A stretch of DNA of 64,000 nucleotides from assembly GCF_006345805.1 (NCBI RefSeq), contig NC_043005.1, positions 5,518,001 through 5,582,000 on the forward strand, in the 5' to 3' direction. Position numbers and translations under genes: made by a program. Numbering within the stretch: position 1 is the first letter of the stretch; each line of letters opens with the position of its first letter. The notes under the pieces are model-generated. The model had not been told where the DNA came from and did not search any database. It saw only the letters and a program-made list of their open reading frames with translations. The stretch is from Octopus sinensis. Its lineage: Eukaryota. Shown piece by piece: positions 49,179-63,356 of this stretch.

Positions 49179-49397
49179 TCCTTTAGTGTTCAGATTATTC
49201 AATCAAACATAATGTCTATTGATTCCCATTGATTTGAATTAATCATGCATTATCTCATATCTTCAAGATCTTGATGGTGTAATTACTTAATGTAGAATAA
49301 CATTGTAGGGTAGGTGTGAGGGCCTGGATCTGGTCAGTTTGAACATAAAACAGATTAAATATTTTGGCCAGATATGGCCGGTTTAAATACTAAAGGG
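49179..49397. mobile_element. piggyBac-type MITE
   Basis: TTAA|TCCTTTAG … CTAAAGGG|TTAA. Confidence 0.75.
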
Positions 49398-51338
49398 TTA
49401 AAAGTGATCTAAATTAAAACTTTCCATCAAAATTTCATAGTGATTATGTTCCAAACATCAACTTAAAATGACAGTTATTTTATTATGAACTGAAACAAAG
49501 ACGGTGTAGTTAAACAAAAATACAGTAGAAAAATGACTGAAGTCATTACGACAAGTCTTCTCAAATCCTATAGACTCACAGGGCTGGTTTCCTGGTTCCT
49601 GTGGTGCATATATATTACCCTCTGGGTAGGATGCCAGCCTGTCACAGGAATTAGATACACCAATACAGTGTATCTAATGATCTGTATTAAAAACCTTCCT
49701 TCAAAATTTCTTGCTAATTCATGTTCCAAATAGCAGCTTAATAATGAGAAAGTTATTTTATTAAATCTTCATTATTTTCAAAAATGTATTGAAACAAATG
49801 CAGTGTATTTAGACAGAAATATGGTAAGAAAAAAAAAATGTAACCTAAAATATTTTCATGTGTAGCAAGTGCTGTCTCTGATATATAAACACACACACAC
49901 ACACACAAACATGTGTTTAATGTCCATCTTTGTTCTTTGAAGGTCTGTAACTCCTCAGTGTCCAAATATTTTCTGGCTCTAAAGAAGAAGTTTAACTTTT
50001 GTGATACAGTTAAAGCCATGATATTGATGCATGACAAATATAAAAGATTATGAGATTGTTGTACCGAGTATTTATAAGTTTTGTTAAGGCTTTTAGTTAT
50101 GTGTTGTCCATGTTTTTGTTGTTTGGCCTCAGATCACCACTGATAAGTATAAATCAGTGATTCTCATGCTTTTGTAACTCAGTCTTTTACAAATACCCTT
50201 TTCCAAACAATAAAAAATGAAAAAGGTGCTGCGTCTTATCTCTCATATTTTTTTGCACTATCCCATCTAGCATATATTTGGTTTTATTTCATATATTTAT
50301 GTGGAGAAATCCCATCTATGTTAAATTTTTATGGAAAATACTAAAGAAAAGGACTCTTATAAGGGAATTATATTGGATCTTGGTCGTATCATCAGTCATG
50401 TTTTTTGCTCAGATAACAATGTCAAACTTGTATTTAAATGTTAATAAAGGATGTTTTTGAAAATGTATTTAAAATATAATTACATTACCTGGGTTAAATA
50501 TTTTATTTCTAAGGAAAACAAGTTCCTATCATTAAGCACTCAGAACCCTACCCCATAGCATAGTCTTGACATTTACCACCCTCTTCTGAGCCTATAATAC
50601 CCCCAAGAAGGTACTTGACCAAGTTCAGAAATAGTAAAGTAGGCCTATGTTCAAAGTGTTCTAGCTGCAACCATCATATCTTATTTTTAGACAGTGTGTC
50701 CAGTACTACATTCTCTAATATGTCCTTCCTTTTTTAAAGATGTTAAGGTGTGATCTGTCAAAGATTTAGCTGCTATTTCTAGTTGTTCAAGTAGCAACTC
50801 CTTCATTGCCTCAGTGGGGAAGATTTATTTGGGAGAAGTAGTTTAAGTGGTGATTCTCAGAAAGAAGTAAATTGGGACTAATACAAATGATAGAAATTTT
50901 TTTTTAATATTTGGAAAAATAAATTTGCATTTTTCAGTAACAGATTATTTTCTCTGCTCTTTTCATTATTGAACATCTGTTGTAATGGATTAATATTTAT
51001 GTAAATATTCATTTGAAGCTCTTGTAACAATCTCTTTGTTGGTTCTGCAAGCACTGAATTGTGCAAAGAATTATATTTGTTCTTTTCATTTAAAAAGAAA
51101 AGAAAAAAAAGAAAATGGTTACTATGACATATGTGATTTATTAACCACCAAAACTATTGTTAGTTTTTTTAATTAGTTATTGTCCTCTGATTCCACCTAT
51201 GTATTTTAGTCCTTTTTAGTAACTGACACTTTGCAGTGATCTTTATTCCTTCAGTTATCAAAACATTGGCATTTTCCTTTGACACTAGACCATAAATTTA
51301 TTATGGGGTATGAGGGCTAAGTAGTGATGTGTATAAAT

Positions 51339-51898
51339 ACAATGTTATGACCAGTTCAAATATGTGTGTGGCATGTTTGAACCCGTAAACAAGCCATTCC
51401 CTGTGTTTTGTCAGGGAGAAAATTTCTCACTGTAGACAAATGGTGCAAGTACACCTAAATCAGCTCGCAGTGCCATCTACTCAGACTGTGAAATGCAAGC
51501 ATTTCAGAGTGGTTATCTCCCCTTCAGTCACAAAAACAGGACAGGGTGTGCTGTGAGCTGACCAGAGAGATAATCTTCCTTATTCCAGGCATCATATGAT
51601 GAGTAGTAATGCTAATCGGTGGCTCACCACAAACAAATTATAGTGTTGGGGTGCTAAGCAGTGATGTGTATAAATATAAAATCACTGTGCACCCTGTCCT
51701 GTTTCTGTGACTGAAGAGGAGATAACCACTCCCAAATGCTTGCATCTCACAGTCTGGGTAGGTGGCGCTGCAAGCTGATTTAGGTGTATTTATACCATTT
51801 GTCCTACAGTGAGAAATTTTCTCTGTAACAGAACAGTGAATGGCTTTCTTAAGAGTTCGAACATGCCACAAACATATTTGAACTGGTCATAACGTTGC
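51339..51898. repeat. Fold-back element with ~215-bp inverted arms and a ~125-bp spacer
   Basis: ATGACCAGTTCAAATATG…CAGGACAGGGTG (51339-51556) is mirrored at 51682-51898. Confidence 0.85.
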
Positions 51899-53910
51899 GC
51901 ATACATTTATTGTTAAGAATTATAGCTAATAGAATCAACCACACTATATGCATGGTATTTATTTTGTTGACTTGCCTTCCCTACTTTCCCTCCAACATCA
52001 ACTAGCCCTCAACTTGTTCTTCATTATATATGCCCCCACCTCTTTATTCTTCAACTCTAACTAACTCTCATTCTCCCCACAAACATTCACTCCCTGTTCT
52101 GTCTTAACCCATATTCACATTCTTGTATCCTAAGGGGCCATCCTAACACTTCACCATCATCATCCGCTAAAATACTTGTTCCATGCAGGCATGGATCACA
52201 CTGTTTGATCGGATCCAACAGGACAAAGGACTATGTCATATTCCAGTGTCAGCTTTGGCATGGTTTCTATGAATGCTCTTTCTAATGTCAACAAGTTTAC
52301 AGTGTGTATTGTGTACCTTTTTCATACCCCGTACACTTGAGAGGCCACCAAGTAACTTGCAAGACAAGCTAACCCTCGACTAAGTGGGAGTGTATTTGAA
52401 AAAGTGGAAGGTGGTTCTATGCCAGGTGTTTAGAGGCTAAAGTATGATGGGGACGACCACGTGTGTCATGCTATAGTAGAGATATGTGGCTACAGTGCAT
52501 TATATAAGGGTAGGTGTGAGTAGTTGGAAAGAATATAATGATTAATCATCACCATTTTATTTGTTTCTTGCTCTACCCTGGTTACTTCCACCCTCTTTTC
52601 ATAATGAAAGTAGTCATGTTAACTCCTCTACAGCAAGAAATCTGCTTTGTTTTGGCCCTTTGTTTCTTACTTTAACTCTCTCATCTTCTGTACTTTAACC
52701 CTCTTCATTTAAAGGGGATCTTAGACTTGCAAGCTGCAGTAAGGCTTTTCTAGTGTTGGTGTCATTGTGTAAAGTGGTGTTAGGAAGGGGCATCCAGCTG
52801 TAGAAACCATGCCAAAGCAGGCATTAGAGCTCTGTCAAACCACCCAGCATGTGCCAGTATGGGTTGGACATTTCAAAGATAATGATGACTTCAAGATGGT
52901 TCAAAAAGAAGTGTCATCTTCAGCAATATTTAAATTCCAAAAGCTGAGCTGGAAACAAAGACTATAGTTCAGTGCTGCTTTACTGTGTTCACCATTTCAC
53001 AGTTGTAAGTTATTGAAATATTAGTTTACGGCCAACAGCTATCTCCTCTCAACATCTGGTCAAGCATAAAACAGTTTTTATGGTCTTCTTCTAGAATTAC
53101 TGTTTTGTAGCTTTGAAATTATCTTTATTTCTCTTGCCTGTTGTTTGTGGAGGTTATAAAAACCCCATCCGTTTCATATCTGAAACTGCTTTCCCATATG
53201 GAAATACTATAAATTAAATTTTTTTTTAAATTGATAAATAAATAAAACTAATTATCTTGGTGTAAGCAACTGAAAAAGCATTAAATTAAAATAGCCATTT
53301 ATGTGTCATACTTGATATCTGAGAGAAACAAATCTCTTCATAGACATGTTGTGTTAAAAATTTCATTTACACTTGCAAAAAGTAGGTACACATTATTGAC
53401 AACTCCCAAGAAGGCTGAAACATGTCTGATATTCTTGTGAGTCACTGTTAGGATAATATTAATCTCTTTGATATTTATTACATTTTTAATACATGTCTAT
53501 GAAAACATTTTCTCTCATACAAAACCTCATCTATATGGCTTTCAATGGTTAAGTACAGTACACAGATGACCATTTTAAAAGAACCTATTTTTCCTAATGG
53601 TCCCTTATTTAATGTACCCTAAACTTGTCTGTTTGTCAGTATATATAATCATCATCATCGTTTAACGTCTGTTTTCCATGCTGGCATGGGTTGGACGGTT
53701 TGACTGAGGACTGCACAAGGCTCCAATCTAATCTGGCAATGTTTCCACAGTTGGATGCCCTTCCTAATGCCAACCACTTCAAGAGTGTTATAGGTGCTTT
53801 TTATGTGCCACCGTAATATTTTTAGATAATGAAATAAATGTTATGCTTTAAAATTATCTTACCGGCCTACTCTGTGCTGCATTTTCATAATGTTCTTTCT
53901 GATATTTCAG

Positions 53911-53948
53911 GTGATCTTGAAGAAGAAGAAGAAGAAGAAGAAGCATAG
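53911..53948 (+). CDS. Candidate terminal coding exon (xDLEEEEEEEEA*)
   Basis: Acceptor ttctttctgatatttcag|; phase 1; TAG at 53946-53948; AT-rich UTR-like sequence follows. Confidence 0.4.
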
Positions 53949-55284
53949 TAAAAATATTTGAAAATATTGTATTCCTTGCATTGAAGTCTGTGTGGTTAAA
54001 AAATTTTGCTTAGCCTTCACATGGTTCTGAACTGTCTCTCAATTCATGTTATCTTGAAGCATGTGTTTTCTACCAAACCTTTGGCTTTACTCAACTTTTT
54101 TGAATGAAGTTGGATAGATGAAAATCCAACACCACCATCTAACCCTTGGGTCCCTTAAGCAAAATTCACTGTTACAAATATTTGAATTCAGTTCCCCATC
54201 TGATGATAACTTAGTTTATTCATTTGCTTCTTCCTGCTGCTGCAAACTCATGAGCCATGGTTTCTTGCCCCACCCTAGTCTTGGAGGCCTGTCAAAAATG
54301 GTGATGAGTTTCACTCTTCCCCTCTAACCATGCTCTAATAAATATTCAGAAAAAAACTTCATTTAGGTTTTTATCTGCAGCTTTGGCTTAAAGTGGGTAA
54401 AGAGGAAAGTCCATTCAAAAGACTGTGTTCCCTGATTTAAGACCACCTACTGATCCTTGGGTGCTTTTAGTAAAGGGGAAATGAACCTAGAACCATGAAG
54501 TGAATTTCTTAACCACACTACCATACCTGTGCCTAAAGAATAAAAGCATACATAAAAATACAAATGTGAGATGTAAAAACAGTTTTGAGTTGCAAGTTTA
54601 TATATAGTAAATGTATAGCTTTTAAACAATAGCTTTTGTCCATTAAAAGCACATGAATTTATTTTAAAACCAGAAAATAATTCAGTGTATCAATTGTAAG
54701 TATAGCTATTTCATAATAAATAAAGATTTAGAAGATATTTATGAAACACAGATTTATCATCGTGTATGTAGATTGTTTTATACACAGTTTTAGGTCTATC
54801 TCAAGTCTCACAGGTTTATTAAAGCCAGAGCTTGTAACTTCCATACTGTATAAGTGACTGAAAGTATATAACTACTTTCTCAAGGGGATGCCAGTCCATT
54901 GCAAGATTCACCCACCCTCCCCCAACAGTTACTTGTACTCATTTCTGACTGAGTGGATTGGAATAAGGAGAAATTTTACCCTGTAATACAATGCACTGCC
55001 TGGTCTGGAAACTCAAACTACAAACTTAGATTCATGAGTCTAAAACCCCTCACCTTCAGAGTGCTTAGTTTTAATTTTCAGACATATGAACCTCAAATAG
55101 TCTTTTCCTTTCACTTGTTTCAACACTGGGCCATGGCCATACTGGAGCACTTCCTTGTAGGGTTTAATTGGACAAATTAACCTCAGGTACCTATTTCAAG
55201 GTTGATACTTCTATCTATCTTTTGCTGACCCAGCAAGTTACAGAGGTGTAAACAAAATAACACCAGTTATCAAGTGGTGGGAGA

Positions 55285-55378
55285 CTAACACACACACACA
55301 CACACACACCACCACCACCACCACACCACCACCACCACCACCACCACCACCACCACCACCACCACCACCACCACTATC
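55285..55378. repeat. (CA)n followed by (CAC)n microsatellite
   Basis: Visible directly. Confidence 0.95.
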
Positions 55379-57224
55379 ATAATCATAAGGTCTATGTTTC
55401 ATACTGATGTAGGTTGGACAGTCTGATTGGGTCCTAAGACTGCATTGTACCCTAGTATCTGCTTTGGAGCATTTTCTATGGCTGGATACCCTTCCTAAAA
55501 CTAACCACTTTGCAACTTTGCAGCATGTACTAGGTGCATGGTTTTTGTGACACCAGCACTAGTGAGGTTGCCATGCTTATTGAGAGAGGCAGTTTTATAC
55601 TAGGAGGTGAAGGGATAAAGTATGAAAGGAGGTGGCACAGCAGAACAGGTTTCTTGCTGCAGAAGAGCTACTTGCATTTTAGAAGAGAGGGAAGGGTGAT
55701 TGGTGTGGATATGAATGAGAAGAGATAAAAATTGTAGTGATGATGTGACTGGCTGGACATTTGGGATATGAGGTGAGTAGAAGGGAATCAGACCAGAGGA
55801 ACCAGCAGTGTGGACGGGTGGAGGATGTCTGCCAGTGTGTCTGTCTCAAATCAATAAATCATAGAAGTACAGTGAAGTATAAAAGCATTAGAAATCAATA
55901 TATTGTATTTGTTGCAGATGACACTTTCAATCTATATGGATTGAAAGTGAAAGAGAAGAACGAGTGCAGAAAAGGAGATTAAACACATCGGCAACATGAA
56001 TGAAACTGTGTTTGTTCATGTGATGTTTTAAGTTCTCAGGTCTAAGAGTGACTATATTTCTAGTAGTAAAATGGATATGACAGCAATATTAAAAAATTAA
56101 GTCAACAGCTTGCTTGAGTAACAGGAGTATTAATAGATCATGGCAGCTTGACAATGAACTAAGTGAAAAGGTGGATTGTCTCTTTTTGTTTTTTTACTCA
56201 GTTAATCAAAAATGTTTGCAAAAGAAACCCAAAAAACAACATATAAATACAAATCTCTTTTCTACCCTTGGTCTGACTAAGGCCTTGTGAGTGGATCTGA
56301 TAGACAGAAACTGAAAGAAGTCCATCATTTATGTATTGTGTGTTTTTGAGTAAGTTTATGCTACTCATTATCTTCATGTGTTTTCACTGGTTGTAAATAC
56401 TGATCTCAAGCAAATGGCATCGTTTGCTTGCAGTTCACCACAAATCCATGTCCATGCTTCTTGACATCTCTTGACTTGCTGCATGATTTTTGTGAGCAAA
56501 AGGCTCATTCAAAACTGTTGTTTGTTTCTAGAACTGCATATAAATATGTCTGGGCTGTTTTTGTTTGATAGACTGGGAGATTACTACTTTACTTGGAAAC
56601 AGACAGGGATTAGCATCACAGACATCTAATCATATAAAAACTCTGCCCCAAATTTCTCTCATCTGATCCATGCAAGCATGAGTAAATAGACTTTAAAATG
56701 ATGGTGATGATGATGATGGTGATGAAAAAAAGAAGAGTAACTCTTATCTGTCATTACATGTGTAATTTTAAATGATTAAATGCTTCAGCAAATAAGTTTG
56801 TTGGAGTAAGCTAAAAGTTTTTCATATTGAACTTCCTTTTAAAAACAAAAAAATATTCTTTAAAATGCAGATGAGATGTTTTTTAGAATTCCTCCCTTCT
56901 GTTTTTTTTTTTTAATCTAGTCTGTTCTAAATTGTAGGCAGTGGGTGATAAGTTTGTCTTGAAATTTTAAAACTACTTATTACATTTCCATACCAATGCA
57001 GTTGTCTGTCATAAAAATGATCCATCTCAGAAAAAGATTTTTTTATTTATGTATTCATTCCCTTATGATGATTTTGTCTCATTGTATAACACCTTGGGCA
57101 AGTGTCTTCTACTATATCATTGGGCCAACAGAATGTCAAGTAAGGAAGATGGGAAACCATATAGGTTAAATCCACACAAACTAGAAATCTGGATCTAGCA
57201 GGTATTTGTCGTTTACACTGTATC

Positions 57225-58150
57225 CACACAGGGTTCCCAGAAATGGAAGGGTGGTCTTTATAGGAACAATGCTCTATTCATTTTTCATCAATGTAGTGAT
57301 ATAGTATGGGAGAGAAATAAGAAAAACTTTGAAGATTTCTTTAAAACTTAGGACTATTTTTCCTCTGCAAGACTATAAAGTAGTTGGATTTCTGCTTATA
57401 ACATTGGACCATTGTACTGGACTTTATCATCTACACCACGAACCCAATGAAAACCTACAATCTTCCAACTATCCAAGAGTTATTAAATCCATACTCAGTA
57501 ATGTTGCATTTAGCATATCTATCTAGGCTACCAATTAATGAGAAGATTTTTCTTACAGAATATAGGATATATTATAATGCTGCTTTTGCCAGGGCAAAAT
57601 ATAATAAGATCTGTTATATTCCTAAAGGAAATACAGGGAAAATACCTAAGGACAGTGGACTAGTCACAGAGTATAGATAGGCATCAAAGTAATATGAATT
57701 ATAATAGTCATAGGAATAGGAAGTGGTGAAAAATATGAGGTAGCCCTCATAATGAGTAACACATATCTTGCAGATAAAAAACAAATTATCTAAATAAATC
57801 TTTTGTTTCTTGTTAATGCCTCATAAATACTGGATAATTCAGAGATTGAACTCCAATTAGGCACATACAAAAAAACTAAGCATAGTTCTAGGAACAATTG
57901 CAACACTTCCATACAACAATAAAGGAACTAATATATGCAATAACAACCATACCAATATAAATTATGAAAACAAAATTAACAGAACAAGATTACGTAATAG
58001 AAATATCACATGGTATAATACTCCATTTGAAATTTATGTAGCCATGGACATCCTGGGAATTTTCTTTAAGGTGTAGGACAAACATTTCACCCACCCCATG
58101 TAGAAAGATATTCAAGACATATCGTGAAGTTTGCATATTCCACTACATCT
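57225..58150 (+). mobile_element. Degenerate Penelope-like element RT/linker relic
   Basis: GLYRNNALF (YRDD motif), SSNYPRVIKSILSNVA, YYNAAFARAKY, RNITWYNTPF (cf. RNIIWFNPP). Confidence 0.65.
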
Positions 58151-61100
58151 GATTTAGCAAATGCTACAGAGGTATTAACAGTAAGAAACTGATTACTGTT
58201 AGAAATAACAAATGTATGTTTATTCAGATTGTATAGACCAATCTGGGTCTATTACAAATAATTCACATCTATCTACCACTTCAAAATTCAGATCTGATTA
58301 CATAACTATGTTCACTCTTTTAAATACAAGAGAAAAAAAAACTGCTTTTTGTTGGCCAAGTTCATTTGGGACCTCAAAGAGAGAAATATTGACTACATTT
58401 TATGGTCTATTGTAAGTAGGACTCTTACTTACAGAGAGTGATGGTAACTAATTTGTGCCCAGTAGAGGGACTAGAAATTCTCAATCTTCGAACTTAGAGC
58501 TTCACAGAGGCAATGACTAGTAACCAAGACCTTTGGCAATATGCTGTGCTTGAGAAGTTCTGTCAAGCCAAGTGAAATTATAGTCATGACTGATGCTGGT
58601 GCCACATAACTGGCACCCATGCTGGTGGCACATAAAGAGCACCTTTTGAGCGTTGGGCATCATGGAGGCAATGACTGAGACCCTTGGCATAATGTCATGC
58701 TTGCAAAGAAGACCCATCAAGCTAAGTAAAATCACAGTTGTGGCAGATACCAGTATCAGACAAATGGCACCCATGACAGTGGCACGTAAAAGCACCCATT
58801 ATACTCTCATAGTGGTTGGCATTAGGAAGGGCATTCAGTCATAGAAAACCATACCAAATTAGACTGGAGTCTGATACAGCCTTCAAGCTTACCAACCTCA
58901 GTAAAATCCTCCAACCCATACCAGTATGGACAACGGACTTTAAATGATAATGATATATATACATACATACACACATACATATGCATTTGTATATATAGAT
59001 ATATATACACAGAGACACATGCATGTGCTTATACATATGTATATACATACACATGAAGGTGTATGATGAGATCCTGTTTTTACATTGCATGTCACCATCA
59101 AACAAGTGGTGCTATTTATTTTCAATCCTCCAAGGAAATATGTCTAGCCATTGCGATATATTATCTTGCTTGGAAACAAGTGATGGAGACGACGGGCCAT
59201 AAAGAATCTTCCTCAATGAATTCTATGAATACGTAGACATTAAAAGAATGATGTTGATATCTTATTTTGAGAACAATAAGCACTGTAGTAGTAGATTTCC
59301 AAATGATCAATCTAGAGTTCACTGCATTTACAATATAGTATGACTAACAAGGGACTTTCTGGGGTAGTCTTTTTTTTTGTGGTTTGTCTTTCACACCAAT
59401 ACACATTATTAAAAGATACATATATATTATATATTATATTCTTGCATATTATATATTCTTTCATATAGACGAAATGGGATTGCATAAGGTTTCCATCTGT
59501 AAAATCCCATATGCAAGTCATTGGTCAACCACAGGTTATGGCAAAAAAGAGACTTGCCTAAGGTGCTGCACAGTGGGACCATCCCCTAGAATCATATTGT
59601 TCTGAAACAAATTTCTTTGTCACACAACCATATGTGAACCCATGGTTTGTTCAATGTAAAGCTGTATAAGTTGCAGCAGGTGTCTATTCAGGACTTTTGT
59701 GGCTGTCATCATAAACATACTTGTTCCACTTTGTGACACTAGTGCCAAAGGTAATTAGATTTCATACAGAATGTACAATGATGAGGTATAGTCTATTTCT
59801 ATATTTAATATCAAGTGCATTGATATCACCAATCTCAGAGGGCATCAACACATACACACACACACACACACAATTATTATTAAAATGTATGGTTACTTTT
59901 AAATGAAGGTTAGGTAGCATTCTGCAGGTATCTATTTTATCATTAATAAAGAAGCAAAAGGCAATGTTAACCTGACTAAAATTTTAATGTAGAATATAGA
60001 GAGACCAAACTTGCATGTTTTAAATGCCCCTACTCCCATCATTTCTAACCTTTTTGATATGTTCTGTAGTTTGTGTTAGTAGCATTTTACAAAGCACATT
60101 AAAAGTAGTGGGTCTTCGTAAGGACATTGTTTTCATTTAATGTACCTTGGGTTTGTCACTGTCATGGGGCTCTTTTGTTTTTGTCTAAGTTACCTATATG
60201 AAAAGGAAGAGTTGAACTTAATTTATAAGCTAATGGAGCTCTCTCGTCAATTTTACAAGAAATGTTTCCTTCTCTGTGGTACCTATTATTACTTAGATGG
60301 ACTAAAACACTTAACTAAATACTTCATTACTTAGTTTATACTGGACATGAAAATGTTGAAAGAGTTTAAGAAAAGGGTGATTATAAGAACCCATCTCATT
60401 TGTGCTATTAAATGAGTGATTTTTGTAATCTGCTGAGTTTGTTTGAGTAAACTGCCAAATTTAGGGTCAATACTCTAAAAGCTTAGGGTGTCAATCTCAC
60501 AACAGATAATTATTTCTAATTTAGAGAGAAGGTCAACAGCTTTTGAGGAGCAGATAACTTGAAACCATCAGTGACAGCTGGCAGAATTGTTGGAGCATTG
60601 GAAAAAAATGACTTGCAGTATTTCTTCTGATTTTTTCTTCTGAGTTCAAATCCTGTTTGGGTCAACTTTGCCTTTCATCTTTTTGGGTTTGATAAATTAA
60701 AATATTGGTCAATTAATCTTTTCCCCTAAAAACTAATTGGCCTTGTGCCTAAATCAGAAACAATTATGTATTCTTAAGTGATTAAAAATATGGGTTATTG
60801 TCATGGTTCTTAACCCCCGAGTCAAAGATGTTCCAGCCATGATCATCCTTTCATTCATTCAGACACAGTATATTTAGGAGTACATTATCCCATGAGTTCT
60901 ATTATTTTCTAAGACTGTAAAATGTGAGCCAAGGGAAATATGGCTGTTATTTCTAGCAAATTGAAAAACCACTTTGTCCTTCCCTTGTTTATACCAGTTC
61001 TTGATACTTGTGCTGCTGTTGTTTTGCCCTGGCCATCCCAAATTGAGAAAAATTTGTGATCAAATGTCTTCCAATCAGACCACCTCTTCCTTTTTATCAA

Positions 61101-61319
61101 ATAAGGTATCTAGAATTACAAATGTGTTTGTTTTTCTTTTCTTGTCTTAAGACAGCTGTTTATATATCTATTTCATCTCATGAATGTTTAACTGTATTTA
61201 AATGATTACATCAAAAGTTACTATCAATAGGTGCAAGGAAGCAAAGCTGTGAGGTTAACAAGCTCAATTCCCGGCCATGCAATTTCAGGTTTGGTCCCAT
61301 TTCATGACATCATCTACTA

Positions 61320-62621
61320 CAGGGTGGTGCAAAGAGGTCAGACGTTTTTGAAAAATTCACAAAATCATTAATTTTAGCTGCAAACAAATTTTATTGACAT
61401 CAATATATTCGTATTGAATTAGTATTTGTCAAAATCAAGTTTGGAAAACAACATCCGTCATGTGGTGTCTGTTTTCATTGATGCATTTCTGAAGGCGTTC
61501 TTGGAAGTTGGCCTCAACTCTCTCCAGCAATGCTCTGTCGATTTGGGCGACTTCTACGTAAATATCTTCCTTCAGATCATCCAATATATGGGGCTTATGC
61601 ACATACACACGTGCCTTGAGGTTTCCCCACAAGAAATAATCACACATGGACAAATCAGGGGCCAAAGAATGTCAGCAAACCTGGAAATGAGACGGTCAGT
61701 GAAGAAAGTCCATTGATGCTCTGGCTGTGTGGGTTGTTGCCCCATCCTGCTGAAACCACACACGTCAGATAGACATACGTTTCTGTCATAATTCAGGCAC
61801 AAAGAAGTTGTTTATCATCTCGATGTAACACTCGGAATCCACAGTAACAGCATTTCCGTTATTGTCTTTAAAAAAGTAAGAACCAATGACAGCATCTTTT
61901 CCAGCAGCACACCAGACTGTCACTTTTGGGCTGTGCAGTGGTCTTTCATGCAGTTCTCTCAGATTTTGAAGAGTCCAATAATGACAGTTCTGTTGATTCA
62001 CCATGCCATTGAGATGAAAATGAATTTCATCACTCATTAACAAAATGAGGTTGTCATTTGCCTCAAAAATTGCTTCCATCTGGCATGCAAAGTTAGGCTG
62101 CTGCACATTGTCCCATGGTTTCAACTGCTGCTCAATGGGCAATTTGTACAGGTGGAAATGCAGGTCTTCATGCAAAATATGCCTCACTGAACAATTACCG
62201 ATGCCGACTTCAGTGGGATGCCTCCAAGCAGAGTGATTCAGACTCCATATCAAAGCTTGTCTAATGCATTCCACATTTTCCAAGGTCTGTACCATTTGTG
62301 GTATTCATTAGAGTACCTTGTGTACAAAATGCATTCATTCAACATAAGGTTGTGTTACGGGTGGGAACAACCCGAATTCAGTAAATGTTGAAGTGGCACT
62401 GAAACTCACGCTGAACTGCTGTGACAAACTTGTTATTCTTCATGTAACTGTCCTAGGCAAACATGCGATGCTCTATCATCCACAGTGCCATGGCTTCACT
62501 TGAAAAGAAAAATAAATGCTAAGACACAACAGACCGAATGGTAACTGTCAAGCATATGCTCTACCCCCTGGGGCTGAGTAATAGCCATTTCAAAAACGTC
62601 CATCCTCTCTGCCCCACCCTG
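61320..62621 (-). mobile_element. Full-length (1302 bp) DD41D-like Tc1/mariner pseudogene splitting a family-A SINE
   Basis: TA|CAGGGTGGTGCAAAGAGG…CCTCTCTGCCCCACCCTG|TA; LMSDEIHFHLNG, PLHSPKVTVW, FQQDGATTH, PDLSMCDYFLWG. Confidence 0.92.
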
Positions 62622-63356
62622 TACTATAGTCTCAAGCTCACCGAAATCTTGTGAGTGGATTTGGAAGATAGAAACTGAAAGAAGCCCTTTTTTCAGTATC
62701 TGCCTACTTATCCTGCTCTTACTTCATGCAAGATTTCTGCATTAATGTTTCAGCTTATATTTACTGTCTATCCAAGGTAGACATACTCCTTCACCTTCTC
62801 AATTTTATCACTTTCCACCACTATTTAGTCTTGTATACAGTTTTCAGACAGTGTGTATTTTGTTTCCATCACACACCCTTTCTACTCACTATCATTTTTG
62901 TCTTTCACCCTGTAAAGAGGCTGGTAAGTGAGTAAAGACAAGGGGTCATGGAGATGCCATTAGTTTTATTGAGGACATGACTTTGCTCGCATGCTGGTCC
63001 CATAAAAAAAAAAAAACGCTTTATAAAGTGATTTGTGTTAGGAAAGGCATCAAGGCATAGAAAACAAATTACAAGTTAGATGAAGTTCTCTGACCCATCA
63101 AAGTTAAAAATACTCTTGAACATATGCAGACTTCAACAATGACAACCTGTCCAACCCATGCTAGCATGGAAAGCAGACGTAAAACAACAATGATGATAAT
63201 GAGTAAGCTAGTTACTACACGGTCATAAACAATAGCATAAAAACAAAAAAAAAAAAACTTTATCTCCCTTATTTGTTTAGCCAGATGTAAAAAATGCTAG
63301 CTAACTTCTGATATTTTCCCCAAATAACTATTTTCTTTACTTATGTTTATTTCTGA

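Noticed and set aside
50278-50460. Short ORFs in two frames
   Set aside because: No recognisable domain or flanking splice signals.
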